The notes under the pieces: generated by a model
Told to the model about the DNA's origin: nothing
Seen by the model: only the letters and a program-made list of their open reading frames with translations
Database searches by the model: none
Shown: piece after piece, positions 24,705-37,600 of the stretch
Layout: every line of letters starts with the position of its first letter
Position numbering within the stretch: position 1 is the stretch's first letter
Assembly (NCBI GenBank): GCA_002256025.1
Contig: NKIB01012851.1
Coordinates: 1 to 64,000 of the forward strand
DNA from: Asterionella formosa
Lineage: Eukaryota
Direction: 5' to 3'
Length of the DNA: 64,000 bases
Position numbers and translations under genes: made by a program

Positions 24705-25483
24705 AGTATCCGTGTGATGACATGCCGTTCAAATGAAACGAAGTGGCTGACGCCGGATCGTGCATGGAAGAAATCGTAGATTATAACCATGAAAACAATA
24801 AAATTCACGATGTAGGGTCAGCATCAGTGGCATGTGAATAACGGTATACAACATACATATGATGCATGATACTCCGGAGTAGCTTTCATACAGATATACC
24901 GGTACCAGGGTACCTGTACCAGCAGCTGTTTTGGTGCATAAAAACCTAACATCGGTATCATTTTTTGAAATGTATCATTACCAGCAGGGTCTACCGGTAC
25001 CCACCCAACAACGTTCTTACCCATTCGAAGGTCCAGCAAAACACATTCTTACTTATCGGTATCTCATTCGATCACCGGACCTTCCTTCGTACCGGTACCT
25101 GATACATTGTCTATGTGGACCTGTGGACCCACAGAAGTCGGTACTGCTAACACGTCAATGTCTCGTGTCTCGTATGTACTGTACTATATGAGGAGCATAT
25201 TTATGCCAGTATATAAACTAAAACCAATACACATAGACTACCGAACCGGTATATGTATCAGGGAAAATTAAAATATGATGCGAAAGTGACGTTGCGTTAT
25301 TGAAGCACGTCAGTGATCAGACAAGTGTTCAAGTCGCTTCGCTCTGATATTTTTGTAGTACATACCACACCTACAACGACGGTGGGTCTATCTCATATCT
25401 TCATTTCGCTCACATCATTTTAGCACATCATTGTTTTCTCCCGCATCAACTAGTAATATACACCAATAGACAGCACAATAGCC

Positions 25484-26893
25484 ATGTCAGCTGTCGCTAC
25501 TGCCAACGTTATTCGCCGTGTCGCTGTCCGTTGTCAGACAACGAGAGCCTTCGGCTCTCACGAGAATCTCGTCAAGACTGCATTAAATGAGATGCATAAG
25601 GAGTTGGGCGGTGATATGGTCCCTTTTGCTGGATACGAACTCCCCGTCTTGTTCAAGGGCGAGAATGGTGGAGTCATGAAGGAGCACTTGTGGTGCCGAT
25701 CGGAGGGCAAGGCCTCCCTCTTCGATGTCTCCCACATGGGTCAGGTATGTTTTGTCATTTTGAATTGACCAATTGTTGTGGGTTCCATTTGCTGATGATA
25801 CCTTTTGCTATTCGTTCACGTAATTCTAATCGCTTGCTTTCGACACTACTAGATCAAATGGCACGGAAAGGACCGCGTGGCATTTTTGGAAAAGATTGTT
25901 GTCGGGGACATTGCTGGTTTGGCTCCAGGTACTGGATGCCTTTCCCTTGTCACCAACGAGAATGGAGGTATCCTCGATGATACCGTCATTACCAATGCTG
26001 GAGATTACGTGTACATGGTCGTGAATGGTGCCACCAAATTTGGTGACATGGCGCATTTCAATGAACAGTTGGCATCCTTTGGTGGTGAAGTCTCCATGGA
26101 GTATTTGGAAGAATCGATGCAGCTCTTGGCCCTTCAGGGACCTGGTGCTGCAGCGGCAGTGAAGAAGCTTCTTCCCGCTGGTTTTGATTTGGTGAACATG
26201 GCCTTTATGACTGGGACAGAAGTTACCTTGGATGGAATTGATGGATGTCGCATCACTCGGTACGTCTAGTTTGAACCAGCGTTGAAGTTTTATATTTTAC
26301 CAATCTCATGCATTCATGTATTACCATTTTCCAGTTGCGGGTACACTGGGGAGGATGGTTTTGAAATTGCCATGCCTTATGAACACGCTGTCTCCATCGC
26401 TTCCAAGCTCTTGTCAGACCCTACGGTCAATCCAACTGGATTGGGGGCTCGCGATTCGCTCCGCCTCGAAGCTGGACTCTGCCTTTATGGCAATGACCTG
26501 AACGAGACCACCACACCGACCGAAGGTGTTTTAGGTTGGACTATTGGTAGTCGCCGTCGGACAGAAGGTGGATTTTTAGGAGCTGATAAAATTTTGACTC
26601 CTGAAGGCAAGTTTGCACCGGTATCTCGCAAGCGTGTTGGCATTATGGGCATGAAGGCCCCGGCTCGGGATCATACAGAAATCTTTGATGCGACGGGAGA
26701 ACGCAAGATTGGAGAAATCACTTCAGGAACGTTTGGTCCTACCTTGAAAGCCCCTATCGCGATGGGATATGTGGAAAGCAAGAGTGCCAAGGCTGGTACT
26801 GAGATCATGCTCAACATTCGTGGCAAGATGACCAAGGCGCAAGTGACCAAGATGCCATTTGTGGAGTCTCGTTACTACCGTGTTCCTGAGTAA
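25484..26893 (+). CDS. GCVT: Glycine cleavage system T protein (aminomethyltransferase), mitochondrial; exons 25484-25744, 25853-26259, 26335-26893
   Basis: MVPFAGYELP, LFDVSHMGQ, TRCGYTGEDGFEI, GLGARDSLRLEAGLCLYG. Confidence 0.96.
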
Positions 26894-27183
26894 TGTACAG
26901 GGAGATCAGCTCACACAGCAACTTTGGCATTGGTATAGTACCATTTTGACTGAGATTTTTATTCAATGCAAAATAATTTCATTGTACACAAGCAACAGAC
27001 ACCATGACATTCTAAGAAAATGTGGTTTATGTACATCCATCATTAAGCTAGATTAGCAACATATTTAATACCTCCGTTACGTATCTCAATTGTGTAATCC
27101 AAATATGGTTCTCATGAACAGACCTTTTATATCAACAGATGAGAAAGCCAAAACTTACTAGCACCATCAAGTTTAGCAACCAA

Positions 27184-28266
27184 TTACTTTGCCTTTCCCC
27201 CGTTGTTGACTTGTCCACCATGTATAGTATAGGTATCATAAGTCTTTGTTGGATCATACAATTCCCACCGACTGGCAGGGAAAATGTGCTTGTTCCGATC
27301 GTACCACTGCCTTGCAATGACTTTTCCTGGATGGGATTCATCCTTTTCAACTCGACTGTCCAATAGTCCTACTCGTATATCTTCATGTACATCAAAGTGA
27401 AAGAGTGGACCAGATTTGCCCCTCGCTTTTGTCACGATCAAGTCATAAAAGGTCAAGTCTGAAGGCAGCATCAAATCTTCCTTGACATAGACAAGCGCGT
27501 CGCTTCCAATGGATTTCATTTCTGTAAACTCCTTGGACAAGTCCTTGCGAACCAATTCTAAAAACGTGCCAATGGTATCGCCCTTTTGTACAATGACACT
27601 ACGTCGATGTCCAGATCCGTCCCAATATGAGTAAGTGATTTCCAAAGATTCTTTACGAATACGGTTTTGGGTGTCTTGCCATTCGCTTTGCAATCGACGC
27701 CGTTCGATTTGGATGCCGCGATCCCGTTCCTTGTCTGGAAGAAAGGATGTGTCAACTGTAGGGTCCTTGAGCGATGACGTTTGCTTTACCACCTCGTCCA
27801 TTGTAACTTCCTCGTCATTTGCGAAACTCAAAGTCGACCAGACTTTCTTCTGCTGCATCCTTTTTTGTTTCCGTTGCCGTTTATTTTGCTTCGTCGTTGC
27901 TGCTGTTTCATTGTCCTTCCCCGTTCCCTCCCCCGCTTCACTCACTCCTTCAGTTTGTTGTTCAGCTTGTTGTTGCTGTTGTGTCAGACGCACAAATTCA
28001 TCTGCAGTAACAAGCCCTACTGTTTGAATACGAAATGTATGTTCACTGGCAGTGATTGCTTCATTGGCTTCCGCAAATTGCATTCTCTCATTCTTATTAA
28101 TACCATTACTCTTGTTGTGATGAACTTTTATTTTCTTGGCAAGAAACTCTTCTTGTTCTTGTTGTCGTTTCTTGGCCAATTGAGCAGCTCGCGGTCCAGC
28201 AACATTACCTTCAACTGTATGTATCCCAGAGTCTGGACGATGAAAGTTGGAGTGATGATGAGACAT
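27184..28266 (-). CDS. XAP5: XAP5/FAM50 family nuclear protein
   Basis: KDPTVDTSFLPD, ITYSYWDGSGHRR, KARGKSGPLFHFDVH, NKHIFPASRWE. Confidence 0.95.
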   Translation of the reverse strand: MSHHHSNFHRPDSGIHTVEGNVAGPRAAQLAKKRQQEQEEFLAKKIKVHHNKSNGINKNERMQFAEANEAITASEHTFRIQTVGLVTADEFVRLTQQQQQAEQQTEGVSEAGEGTGKDNETAATTKQNKRQRKQKRMQQKKVWSTLSFANDEEVTMDEVVKQTSSLKDPTVDTSFLPDKERDRGIQIERRRLQSEWQDTQNRIRKESLEITYSYWDGSGHRRSVIVQKGDTIGTFLELVRKDLSKEFTEMKSIGSDALVYVKEDLMLPSDLTFYDLIVTKARGKSGPLFHFDVHEDIRVGLLDSRVEKDESHPGKVIARQWYDRNKHIFPASRWELYDPTKTYDTYTIHGGQVNNGGKAK

Positions 28267-28734
28267 GATGCTTTAATGTTAGAGCTCAGCGCAAAATGGA
28301 ATGTTACTACAGGAGAAATGGTCGATTTGTTGAAAATGGGCCACTGTCTGAACCGTGTCATCAGTTTCCTGGTGTGGCGGGAAACCAGAAATTGGGTATA
28401 TTGTATGCTACCAGGTAGGATCTAGTATACGTGTACAGGTATCTGTACTCGAGTCTACCGTATAGGTATCGGTACCAGGTCAGGTTCAGCCATATTCATA
28501 GCAACTACCGGTAGACACTCTCCCACTTTCCATTTAAAAAACTCCACCTGCTTGTTATAAAATATATTACAGCTTTATTTTTTATGTGAAAGACTTTCAA
28601 AATAGACTACCGTAGATCCTTCAGCCACCCATTTGTATGGTTGACTGTGAAGAGTTGTACCTAGTAGTGTGCTCTCAATAAGTAGTTATTGGAACATGAA
28701 TAACATTCTAATTAACTCCGGACAAAAGACGCAT

Positions 28735-29196
28735 TTATTCGTCCTCGTCGTCGTCCTCCTCTGCTTCCTCCTCTTCGTCGTCATCATCATCTTCACCTGG
28801 ACGCGTGCTCTTGTCATAAAACTTATCATACGCAGCATAATTGGCCTCATCGCCTAGGTTGTAGTGTGTCCCAAACTGAAACTTGAAATCCGGATCCTTG
28901 GCCAAAATAGCCAATCGCGCTTGCGCTTCATCTCTGGCCCACCCTTGAATGGACGTATCCGGTGCTAAATTGACAAACAAGATCATGATCGTCGCCAACC
29001 CGTATGTGACGTACAGGATGGTCTCCCAGCCTTCTGGTTCTTTGGAATGTCCTCCCCACAGTTCCGCATCCATCGATCGAGGTCGAGGCATGTCCATGCC
29101 ACCATGACCACCATGATGACCACCAGCAAATCGGCGGCGTGTGATGAGAGGGGCAGCTCGACGGAGCAGAGATCGCGACAGCAGTGACGATATCAT
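28735..29196 (-). CDS. Complex I ESSS (NDUFB11-like) subunit
   Basis: Mitochondrial presequence, EGWE followed by a single TM helix, PDTSIQGWARDEA. Confidence 0.75.
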   Translation of the reverse strand: MISSLLSRSLLRRAAPLITRRRFAGGHHGGHGGMDMPRPRSMDAELWGGHSKEPEGWETILYVTYGLATIMILFVNLAPDTSIQGWARDEAQARLAILAKDPDFKFQFGTHYNLGDEANYAAYDKFYDKSTRPGEDDDDDEEEEAEEDDDEDE

Positions 29197-30011
29197 GGTG
29201 AATCGAAACTGAAACTACAATGGGACCTGTGTCATATATACTATGTAGCTGCACACACATTTACAGGGGTGTCCATATTGGAATGACAATACGTAGAATA
29301 TCATACTGCCAACGTCCCCATGGTACCGGTAGTGTCTACCTCTACTACCATGGTACCTGGTACTGTTGAACTACGGAACCAGTACCGGGAGTATGTATCA
29401 AAACGGTGTGTCGTACATATTGCTCAAACTACGTGGAACCGAGGTACCGGCACCAGGTACCTGGTACCTGGTACTCCGTACCAGCAAGTTACGGTACCGG
29501 TAATTGTGCTGAAACCAAAACTTTAGCTATCTTTATCCCATATTAATTTATTTATTTAAGCAAAATGACCGCAACTTGCTGGTACCAGTACTCCTACTCA
29601 GGAGCACCTGGTACACCACTCACAGTTACCGGTAGTACGGTGAGTACCATACCGGTGCTGCTACTTATAAACAGCGTCCTGCTATCAGCACGGCTGTTGC
29701 ACCTCGTACCCTGTTATCACTTTTACGAAACAAAGGCAGATTTTTGTCATATGTATGTACTGGCTCGACCTGGTGATGATGCACGTTAAGTCCTCCTCTC
29801 CATCTTCTCGCTTGCTCTTGACGACAGTAGCATCTTTTGTTTCCATGCAGTGCTTAGTTCATCCCTTTGAGTGTGAGAAGACGATTTCCGTCTTTATTTG
29901 ACGTTGCTTTCTGCCGACGGCTAACAGAAGCAAACAACCGGCACTAATTCCGCGCGAGCTACGAGGGAGAATACACCTTTGAGACCTCGCGTTTGTCAGC
30001 TCGCAATCAAA

Positions 30012-32354
30012 ATGTCTCAAGCGGCAACAAAGTCATCCGACTATCTCAAGAAGAAGCATGCCCACGCCTCTCAGCTTGAAGACGAGCTGGCCATGCTCCC
30101 TCCCAAGACGTCGGAATCCAAGAAGGCAGCTCTTCGTGTTAAATTGTGCGAGCTGTATTCCGACATGTTACTCCACGATCCTCACTACGCATCCAGGAAG
30201 GACTGCCTGAACCGGCTGTGGCGGAATTGTTTCTATGGGCACATTAGTGAATTGAGGAGTCGCCTCAGCAAGGAACAAAAGCGAAAGGGTTCCAAAGTGG
30301 CTGAGATTTCGCGGAGCTACACTTCATTTCTGGCGGAAGCCATCACTCTATATGACTACCTCGTCAGGGAGTACACAGAAAAACTAACGTCTGAAGTGGC
30401 GAGCTCCCAGTCCACTCTTTCGGGAGCGCACGTATCGTCCCAAGACTCAGAGGCACCACCAACTCCCACCACATCCACCCTTGGTGTTGTCAACAATCTA
30501 TTTCGCATGTACATTCACATGGGCGATTTGCATCGCTATTCCAAAGACAACGATGCAGCGGACAAGGCATACCTCAAGGCAAGCAAGCTGGCTCCAGGAA
30601 AGGGCAATCCTTACAACCAAATGGCTGTCGTGGCAGCCTTGCGGGAAACAGGTGCTCCGTTGTCCTGTGTGGCATTTTACTACTATTCACGGTCCTTGTT
30701 GGCGGTTGACGACCCCTTTGAAACATCGCGAACCAATCTTTTGAAGCTCTTGGAGCAAAATCGAGTTTGGTTGAAACAAAATCCAATAGATATGATTCCG
30801 ACCGGAAATTCTTCCAAGAAAGCAGCCCTCGAGTTACAGCGTCTCAAAAAGTCGGCATCCTCGAAACGGTGTTTGGCAAATTTTGTGGACTTGCATTACG
30901 ATTTTGTCGATACAATGGATCTTTCAGAACTGGAAGTGATTCAAAAGTTTTCCAAACTCTTGGATACCTTTCAAGAACTCGTGGCCATATCGGCATTTGG
31001 AGATGCATTATTGATGAAAATGGTGGCAATCAATGCCTATTCTATCACTAGTGGCAAAGAATTCTTAGCCAGGACGTTTACGTTGAGATTTGGAACAGTG
31101 CTTGGTGAAAAACTAGTGATGGCATTGGCCAAGACAACGGAATCTCAAAAGACAAAGGAGCCATCGCTTCGTCTCTTGTCGCCCTTTATGCTTTTGGCGG
31201 ACTATTGCCTTTCCTTTTCGTGGAATGACATTGACGAGATCAGCGAGCTTGTCGCGACCGAATCTCAGGAAGCGGAGAATGCCTTTTGGACACAAGTTGC
31301 TGCTGTCGCAAATTCGGTCCAACTCTTTTCGAAAGCTGACCACGACCCTGTCATGCCCAGAGAGTATGAAAGTTTTCGTGGCTACAAGCCCTTTCAAGGC
31401 TTTATTGACTCACCCGAAGATGTGTACGTGACAGCACAAGGTGCTTTTTCTGCGTTGGGATTGAATCAGTCGCAGGCAACAGCGTCCACCTCCCCGGACG
31501 ATACTCGTGCAAAGTTGGCATATTTCTTATCAATCCTTGCAAGAGGGGAGGGCACCAAAGTGATGAGAAATGCCGTAGGAGGTTACGTGCTTTATTCCCA
31601 AACCTTGGTGGAGGAGGAGGACGCACCGGTCGTCATGGACGAGCCCATATCAGTGCCCGAGCCAGTCTTATCGAGTCCAGTACCCTCTGATGAGGAATTG
31701 GATGAAGCTGGCGATGTCGTCATGTACAAACCTTCCGGAAAAGATGGTAGTGGACCGGCTTTGTTAGTTCCGGGTGCATTTTTCTTTAGCCAGGGAGACA
31801 GCTTCGGTCCACAAGCACAAATGGCACGACCCGCAGAGGAACTTCAAAGTGAAACTGGTGTAGACATTGTTAGTCTGTTGCGACAACAAGCGACTCCGGG
31901 TCATCCGGATATCACTGGCGAGCATCTTGCTGATCCCATGGAGGAGGATCAACCAATCGCACCACCACGTCAACCTCCTGGCCTCTCCCTTCCTCCTGGA
32001 CAACCCAAAGCTCAGAAACCACCACCTGGTTTTGCCCCTTCAATGTCCCATGAGCAACATGGTATCCCTAGAGAGCTTTATGTCCTATCAACAGGGCACT
32101 ATCAAGAACCCGTCATACCACCGGGATTTTCTCGATCTGTTCAACCCACCATGTATAGTTCCCTCTTCGACTACCCAATCCAGACAACCAACCCATTCTA
32201 CAGCTCACCTCAGTCGGATCTTCGTCACGCCTACATCCAAACTACCGATTTTTTGAACGACGCGGATGGTGCCACCTTTTTGGATAAGTCCTTGCTTGAT
32301 CAGCTGTGGAACGACGATAGTCCGAAGGTTTCCAAGAATCCATTCCTTACATAG
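30012..32354 (+). CDS. EST1/SMG5-7 family TPR-like protein (nonsense-mediated decay factor)
   Basis: LWRNCFY, MGDLHRY, APGKGNPYNQMAVVA, FYYYSRSL...PF..SRTNL; Pro-rich C-terminus and no obvious PIN domain (SMG7-like). Confidence 0.85.
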   Translation: MSQAATKSSDYLKKKHAHASQLEDELAMLPPKTSESKKAALRVKLCELYSDMLLHDPHYASRKDCLNRLWRNCFYGHISELRSRLSKEQKRKGSKVAEISRSYTSFLAEAITLYDYLVREYTEKLTSEVASSQSTLSGAHVSSQDSEAPPTPTTSTLGVVNNLFRMYIHMGDLHRYSKDNDAADKAYLKASKLAPGKGNPYNQMAVVAALRETGAPLSCVAFYYYSRSLLAVDDPFETSRTNLLKLLEQNRVWLKQNPIDMIPTGNSSKKAALELQRLKKSASSKRCLANFVDLHYDFVDTMDLSELEVIQKFSKLLDTFQELVAISAFGDALLMKMVAINAYSITSGKEFLARTFTLRFGTVLGEKLVMALAKTTESQKTKEPSLRLLSPFMLLADYCLSFSWNDIDEISELVATESQEAENAFWTQVAAVANSVQLFSKADHDPVMPREYESFRGYKPFQGFIDSPEDVYVTAQGAFSALGLNQSQATASTSPDDTRAKLAYFLSILARGEGTKVMRNAVGGYVLYSQTLVEEEDAPVVMDEPISVPEPVLSSPVPSDEELDEAGDVVMYKPSGKDGSGPALLVPGAFFFSQGDSFGPQAQMARPAEELQSETGVDIVSLLRQQATPGHPDITGEHLADPMEEDQPIAPPRQPPGLSLPPGQPKAQKPPPGFAPSMSHEQHGIPRELYVLSTGHYQEPVIPPGFSRSVQPTMYSSLFDYPIQTTNPFYSSPQSDLRHAYIQTTDFLNDADGATFLDKSLLDQLWNDDSPKVSKNPFLT

Positions 32355-32694
32355 TACCAAGAATATGTTCCTCATTTGTGACAATTTGTGCTCGATTGCG
32401 ATGCCATTTCGCTCTGTTTTATCTGTTATGCTTGATTCATCCCAGAAGATGTCTCCCAACGCCATCATTTGCACAGCGTTACTGTGTAGGTGAGATTGTT
32501 GCGTGATGATGTTGGAACGGAGCTCACAATTCCATGATTTCCTTCTTCGCATGCATGCACCGGGATGGATGGGAACTGTCCGGGGTTTGTCATTTGGTTG
32601 AGAAATAGTTCTCTGGTTCGACTAACAATAGCTTTATCATTCGTCGGGGGGAATTTTTGTTTGTCAGCCATAGTTTCTAGATGAACAACCAACG

Positions 32695-32893
32695 ACCTTG
32701 GCTGAAGGTTGCGGTAAAGACGGTTCGTACTATAAATAAAGCGAAGCTAAATCTCTCATTTACCGCAACTTGCTATGGTATTCTCAATGAGTCACCTTGG
32801 CTGAAGGTTGTGGTAAAGACGGTTCGTACTATAAATAAAGCGAAGCTAAATCTCTCATTTTCCGCAACTTGCTATGGCATTCTCAATGAGTCA
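32695..32893 (+). repeat. Near-perfect 99-bp tandem duplication, each unit with an internal inverted repeat
   Basis: Units start at 32695 and 32794; GTTGCGGTAAA...TTTACCGCAAC. Confidence 0.92.
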
Positions 32894-32989
32894 AGGCAGT
32901 TTTCCTGGGACTACTTGTATCACACGAGGTACCGGTACCTGGATGGGGGTAAGTACGACCGGTGTTGTTCCAGGTTCGATCACCGGTAA

Positions 32990-33190
32990 GGTTCCTGCAT
33001 TTGAACCCCGACAGGTATATATTTAGGCAAAATAAAAATAGTACCGGTACTTGTGTTGCCGAAATTCCCTGGAACTGAATTCTTAATGACATGATTCCAT
33101 TTGAAAAATTAAAAGTAGTGGACGAAATTTGCGTGTACTTACAGAGATTCCTTTTCGTATTCGCTGAAGATGGATCATACAAATGTATCA
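32990..33190 (+). mobile_element. Solo left end of the 47542-48738 element family
   Basis: GGTTCCTGCATTTGAACCCC followed by GTTGCCGAAATTCCCTGGAACT...GAAATTTGCG.GTAC. Confidence 0.8.
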
Positions 33191-33272
33191 TTTATCTGGT
33201 TGTTCACATTGCAATGATTCTTACAATCGTGATCCATCACGGCCTAGAGTCCATCAACAGAAGGCTATCGCC

Positions 33273-34097
33273 ATGATGGAGAGCCAATCTACATTGATTC
33301 CTATAGTAATTGCTTCCCTTGTTCACCACGTGTCCATTTCATGTCCAGAGAAAATCAACAAGTTTGTTTGGTCGGTTAGTCAGGTACTGCTTCCGGCCTT
33401 GCTATGGGCAACACCGCCTCATTCGGTTCTGTCACTGTGGCGCTTGGCAATGGCGGTCACAAAACAATGGCCACTTCTTTTCCCATCTTTCCCGTATTCC
33501 CGTATCATCCATGGTGGTCCCTTGGGACATGGATGCTTCAAGATTGTGGAAGTAGTCACAGCTGCGGCGCTTTGGAGGATAGCATATCCAAGTGAAGCGT
33601 TGCCACTCCGTCTCGGACCACCGCCATCTCTCCTTTCCTGTGGTATGGTTTTGATCTTGTCGCTTGGGACAAATTTTGTCTTGAGCGTTTGGTCTAGGTC
33701 TCGCGGAAAGCAGCATACTGAACACAACGGCGTCACTGACATGGTAAAATCTACCATGGGACGGACACTCTCTACCAAAGAACATGTCCAGCTGGCAATC
33801 ATGGCTTTCTTAAATGCATCAGCCGAAGAAATGACGAGTCGGGGATTTTGGCTGAATGAGTTCATAACGAGAGGGAATGCCATGTCCTTCCATCAAGCCA
33901 ATCTTTGTCAAGCCGTCAGTTTTGGGGTGTGGCATTATCATGGTATACCATCGGGAATTACGGGAGTCGCATTGACGACACTGTATGGATACATTATGGG
34001 AACATTATATCAACACGGCCATGGACTATTTCTTCCCATTGTTTGTCACTCCATTGCTGACTACTTTATATTTGCTGTGATTGCGCGACGAAAATAG
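33273..34097 (+). CDS. CPBP/Abi (type II CAAX, Rce1-like) intramembrane glutamic protease
   Basis: EEMTSRG, FGVWH and HSIAD motifs with several TM segments. Confidence 0.85.
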   Translation: MMESQSTLIPIVIASLVHHVSISCPEKINKFVWSVSQVLLPALLWATPPHSVLSLWRLAMAVTKQWPLLFPSFPYSRIIHGGPLGHGCFKIVEVVTAAALWRIAYPSEALPLRLGPPPSLLSCGMVLILSLGTNFVLSVWSRSRGKQHTEHNGVTDMVKSTMGRTLSTKEHVQLAIMAFLNASAEEMTSRGFWLNEFITRGNAMSFHQANLCQAVSFGVWHYHGIPSGITGVALTTLYGYIMGTLYQHGHGLFLPIVCHSIADYFIFAVIARRK

Positions 34098-34622
34098 GAC
34101 TTGGCGAAGGACATGCGATAAAATGATTCGGCATGTTCATCATGTCTGTCGGTCATTGTGATAACGGGGCGATGATGATTGAGAAGATCATGTTCTTGCA
34201 TTTCAGCATCACAGGAACGATATTAATATGGTGTATGATGATGGGGGTAGGCTTATTGGTATAATTCATCGTCACTTTGTGAAAATAACACATGCAGTTG
34301 GAAGACAATAGAAATGCTAAATAAAAATAATATATGAAATTAACTAAAATAAGCAGGTACACAGTAGCTGCATGATGCATGTACAAGATAATCTTTAATC
34401 TCAATCGACAAGTACATGCCTTTGGGAACCTCCTCCATTGCTATTCACAGAATCTGCCCTCGTACCATCAATTGCAGAATGTCAAACTGGCCAGCAACAC
34501 CTCTCCGTTAGATTTGCAAGATCATCGGAGGAGACAAAATCATCGAAAACTTCCATTCATCTTAGGGAACGCTGTGTTATGTGGTGTAGACTGATCTGGT
34601 TAAATCATCAGCCGTATCATCA

Positions 34623-37600
34623 CTATTCGATTGTAGGAAGAAGAGCTGTTGAACTGAAAGACAAACGAGGCTTCTCACGTAATCGGGTATCTTCGACGGA
34701 AAAGGATTGGCCTGAATCCTCCGGTTTCAATCCTTCGTCTTCAACTTCAAACAGTGACGAGATCGAATCTAATCCAGCAAAGTGAACGTCAGTGATCGTC
34801 CCCGAGAAGCGCTGACGGGCGCGGAAGCTGCGATTAGAACCTGCATTTATCGACCTGTCGGATAGGTAACGAAATGAGTTCTTCATTTGCTCGACTTTTG
34901 CTGTCGCGTTCCATTGGACATATAAATCAAACGATTGCTTCTGATAATGTTCTGCCCAATCCGCATCAAGGTGTTCCATGGCGAAATTCGCAGCTCTTTC
35001 GTTAGCGAGAGCGTTGTCTTGAAGGAAGCCGCTCCTTGCACAAGCAGAAATTGCAAAGTCGTATGCTGCCTTTATTTCTTCCACTGATTTCTTTCCTGCA
35101 ACACGATCCTTCTCCGCATATATTATCAACAATTTGTGTTGACAATTCAATACCTTGTCCACTTTAACCCACCTTTCAAGCAGCTTGATGGTTTTCAAAC
35201 CCCGACGTCGCCAATGGCGCCTCGCGACAGATCCATTAGCCTTCCTTTGTGACTCAAGACATGTCATAGCAGTAAGAAACCACATCGGAGGGCCCCAAGC
35301 TGCACTCCCATCCGCATTTGCGGGTCGTTTCCACAATACTTTCGCACATTTCAGTGCGAGTTCGTAGTCCTGAAAGATGTAAGCAGCCCACATTTTCAGG
35401 AAATAAAAACTCAAAATATGTAGCTCGTCCCTTTTCCCTTGCAATTGAACTAAATATTCTTCTTCTGAGAAGGCCAGCCCTGTACCGGTGAATATTAATG
35501 GGTTTGGGGTATTTCCCATCATGCCACGAATAAATCGATGGTACCCCTCTATTCCAGCTTGTGCAATGCACTGGTTATATTTTGTCAGTTGATCCAAAAA
35601 TGACTGCATATCCACAGAAAGTGGAGCGAGGGGCAAACCTGTAAAAGTGTAGAGTAAACAATCTGAAATGAGATAGGAAGAGAGTTTTGTGCGGTGAGTG
35701 TTTGAAAAGGCAGGCTAAAACTGTTGGATCGCGAAAGTGGGTCTTGATTGACACGTACAATTCAAAGCATTGAAACCGGCATAAGTGATGTCGCCAACCT
35801 GCATCCCGACATTGTACGATTTTAAGCATGAATCCAGACTTTCAACGATTGGACGTCGAATGTGATTGATAAAGCTTTGCATCACCATCGCAACTCGAGC
35901 TTCAATTTTCTTTGATTTGTGTCGCTTGGCCAATTCCAGGGCCATACACCCAGTCCTGTGCGCCGCAGCTAGGTCCCCAGTCTTTCCTAGGATGAACGAG
36001 TAAAGTACGAATGCAAAGGCGCTGTATTCTGTCGAGCCATGGAGTAGAGTCAGCTTGGTCATTCGAAGACATATCATACCGTGTAAGTTGTGATTCTGGG
36101 TGAAGAAAGCCAAATCATTAAGGATATTCAGAATCTTGGCAGCCATGAAATTGTCATTGTCTGCCATCATCTCTTGATCCAGCAAGGCCTCAAAGGAAAA
36201 CTTATTAAACATACTTCGCACTTTTAGGAATTCAAGAACAACCGCTACCGGCGAAGGATTCTTTGAAATGCGTATCTTTAACTGCTTCAATGCTCGCAGC
36301 CCAACTTTAATTCCTTCCAGAGAATCTCCCTTAGAAGAGAGTGCATCCAGTTTCGCCACTGTTACTCTTTGGGTATCCTTAACTGACCTAGCGAAACGGA
36401 GAACTTGATCAACTGTTTCAAAGCACCTTGTAAAATCTCCCAGATTGAATTGCATCTCCGCAAGCGTCGAGTGCAGGTCCAAAGCAAGGTCATAATGCCG
36501 ACTCCACATTTCTTGGCCTGAGCTCAACAAAGCAATTCCTGTTATCAAAAAATTTGATGAGTACAAAAAAGCAGATTTTTCAATAAGAAGTTTAGCTGCC
36601 GTCAGGTTCAGTGTTGCAAGCATCAACCTTGTTTCAGGATTTTCAATCGCGCCTATTCCACGATTGAGTTGGCGAACCGCAATCGGCGTGGACGAAGGCA
36701 TCCGTTTCTGGGTGGGTACCTTCATCATCGCAGTTCCCAAGCTCCAATGCACCTTCCTCCTTTCGTTGTCGTTCGCAAAAAGAGAATAAGCGCCTTCGCA
36801 AATCTTGTCGTGTGAGAATCGATACAGAGTATCATCACACGGTATGATCAGCCCTTCTTTAACCGCAGGTTGCAAGATATCAGAGACATTTTCACTCACG
36901 CCGCTTTCGTTGTCTTCGGATGTGTAGTCCTCCTTCAAGCACAGGAACACTGTCCAAACAGTGGAGACATCGAAGCGAGTGCCAAGACAACTAGCAAACA
37001 TAAGAAAGTTCTGAGTCTTGAGGGGGAGCATGCGAAGGGAGTTCACAATTAGATCGACAACATTGTCGGTAATAGAGGTTTCCGACTGTATGGATTCAGT
37101 ATCCCAAGTCCATTTAAAAGTGTCTCCCGAGAAATAAAGAAAACGGTCTTTCTGCAACATTTGAAGGAACTGAACAGCAAAAAAAGGGTTGCCTGAAGAA
37201 CGAAAGTTAGAAGGAGGGGCTGGGCGAAGTAGTAAATAAAATAAACTTACCATTCGTTTTGGCGAAAACTATATTGGCAAGCTCCATGCAGTCATCTCGA
37301 CTCCTGGAAGTTAATTTCATAATTAATTCGTTCAAATGATTGAGGCTCAGATTGCCGAGTTCAATGCTATTGAAAGCGTCAGGGTTCTTGTGTTTAGCAA
37401 CAACTTGCTTCATCTGCACCATCAAAGGGTATTTCTCTTTGGAATTTTCTGAGCGGTAGGTTCCAACAATTAGCAAGCCAGAGATGTCGTCGTCTATCGC
37501 TAGACTGGTGATCAGGGCCATCGACTCCGAATCAGCCCAGTGAAGATCATCGATCGCAAAAACAACTGGCGCTGCAAACTTGCACACTGCTCTAAGAAAT

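Noticed and set aside
32205..32692. Minus-strand ORFs downstream of the SMG7-like gene
   Set aside because: Short, partly antisense to a real gene, and with no recognisable motif
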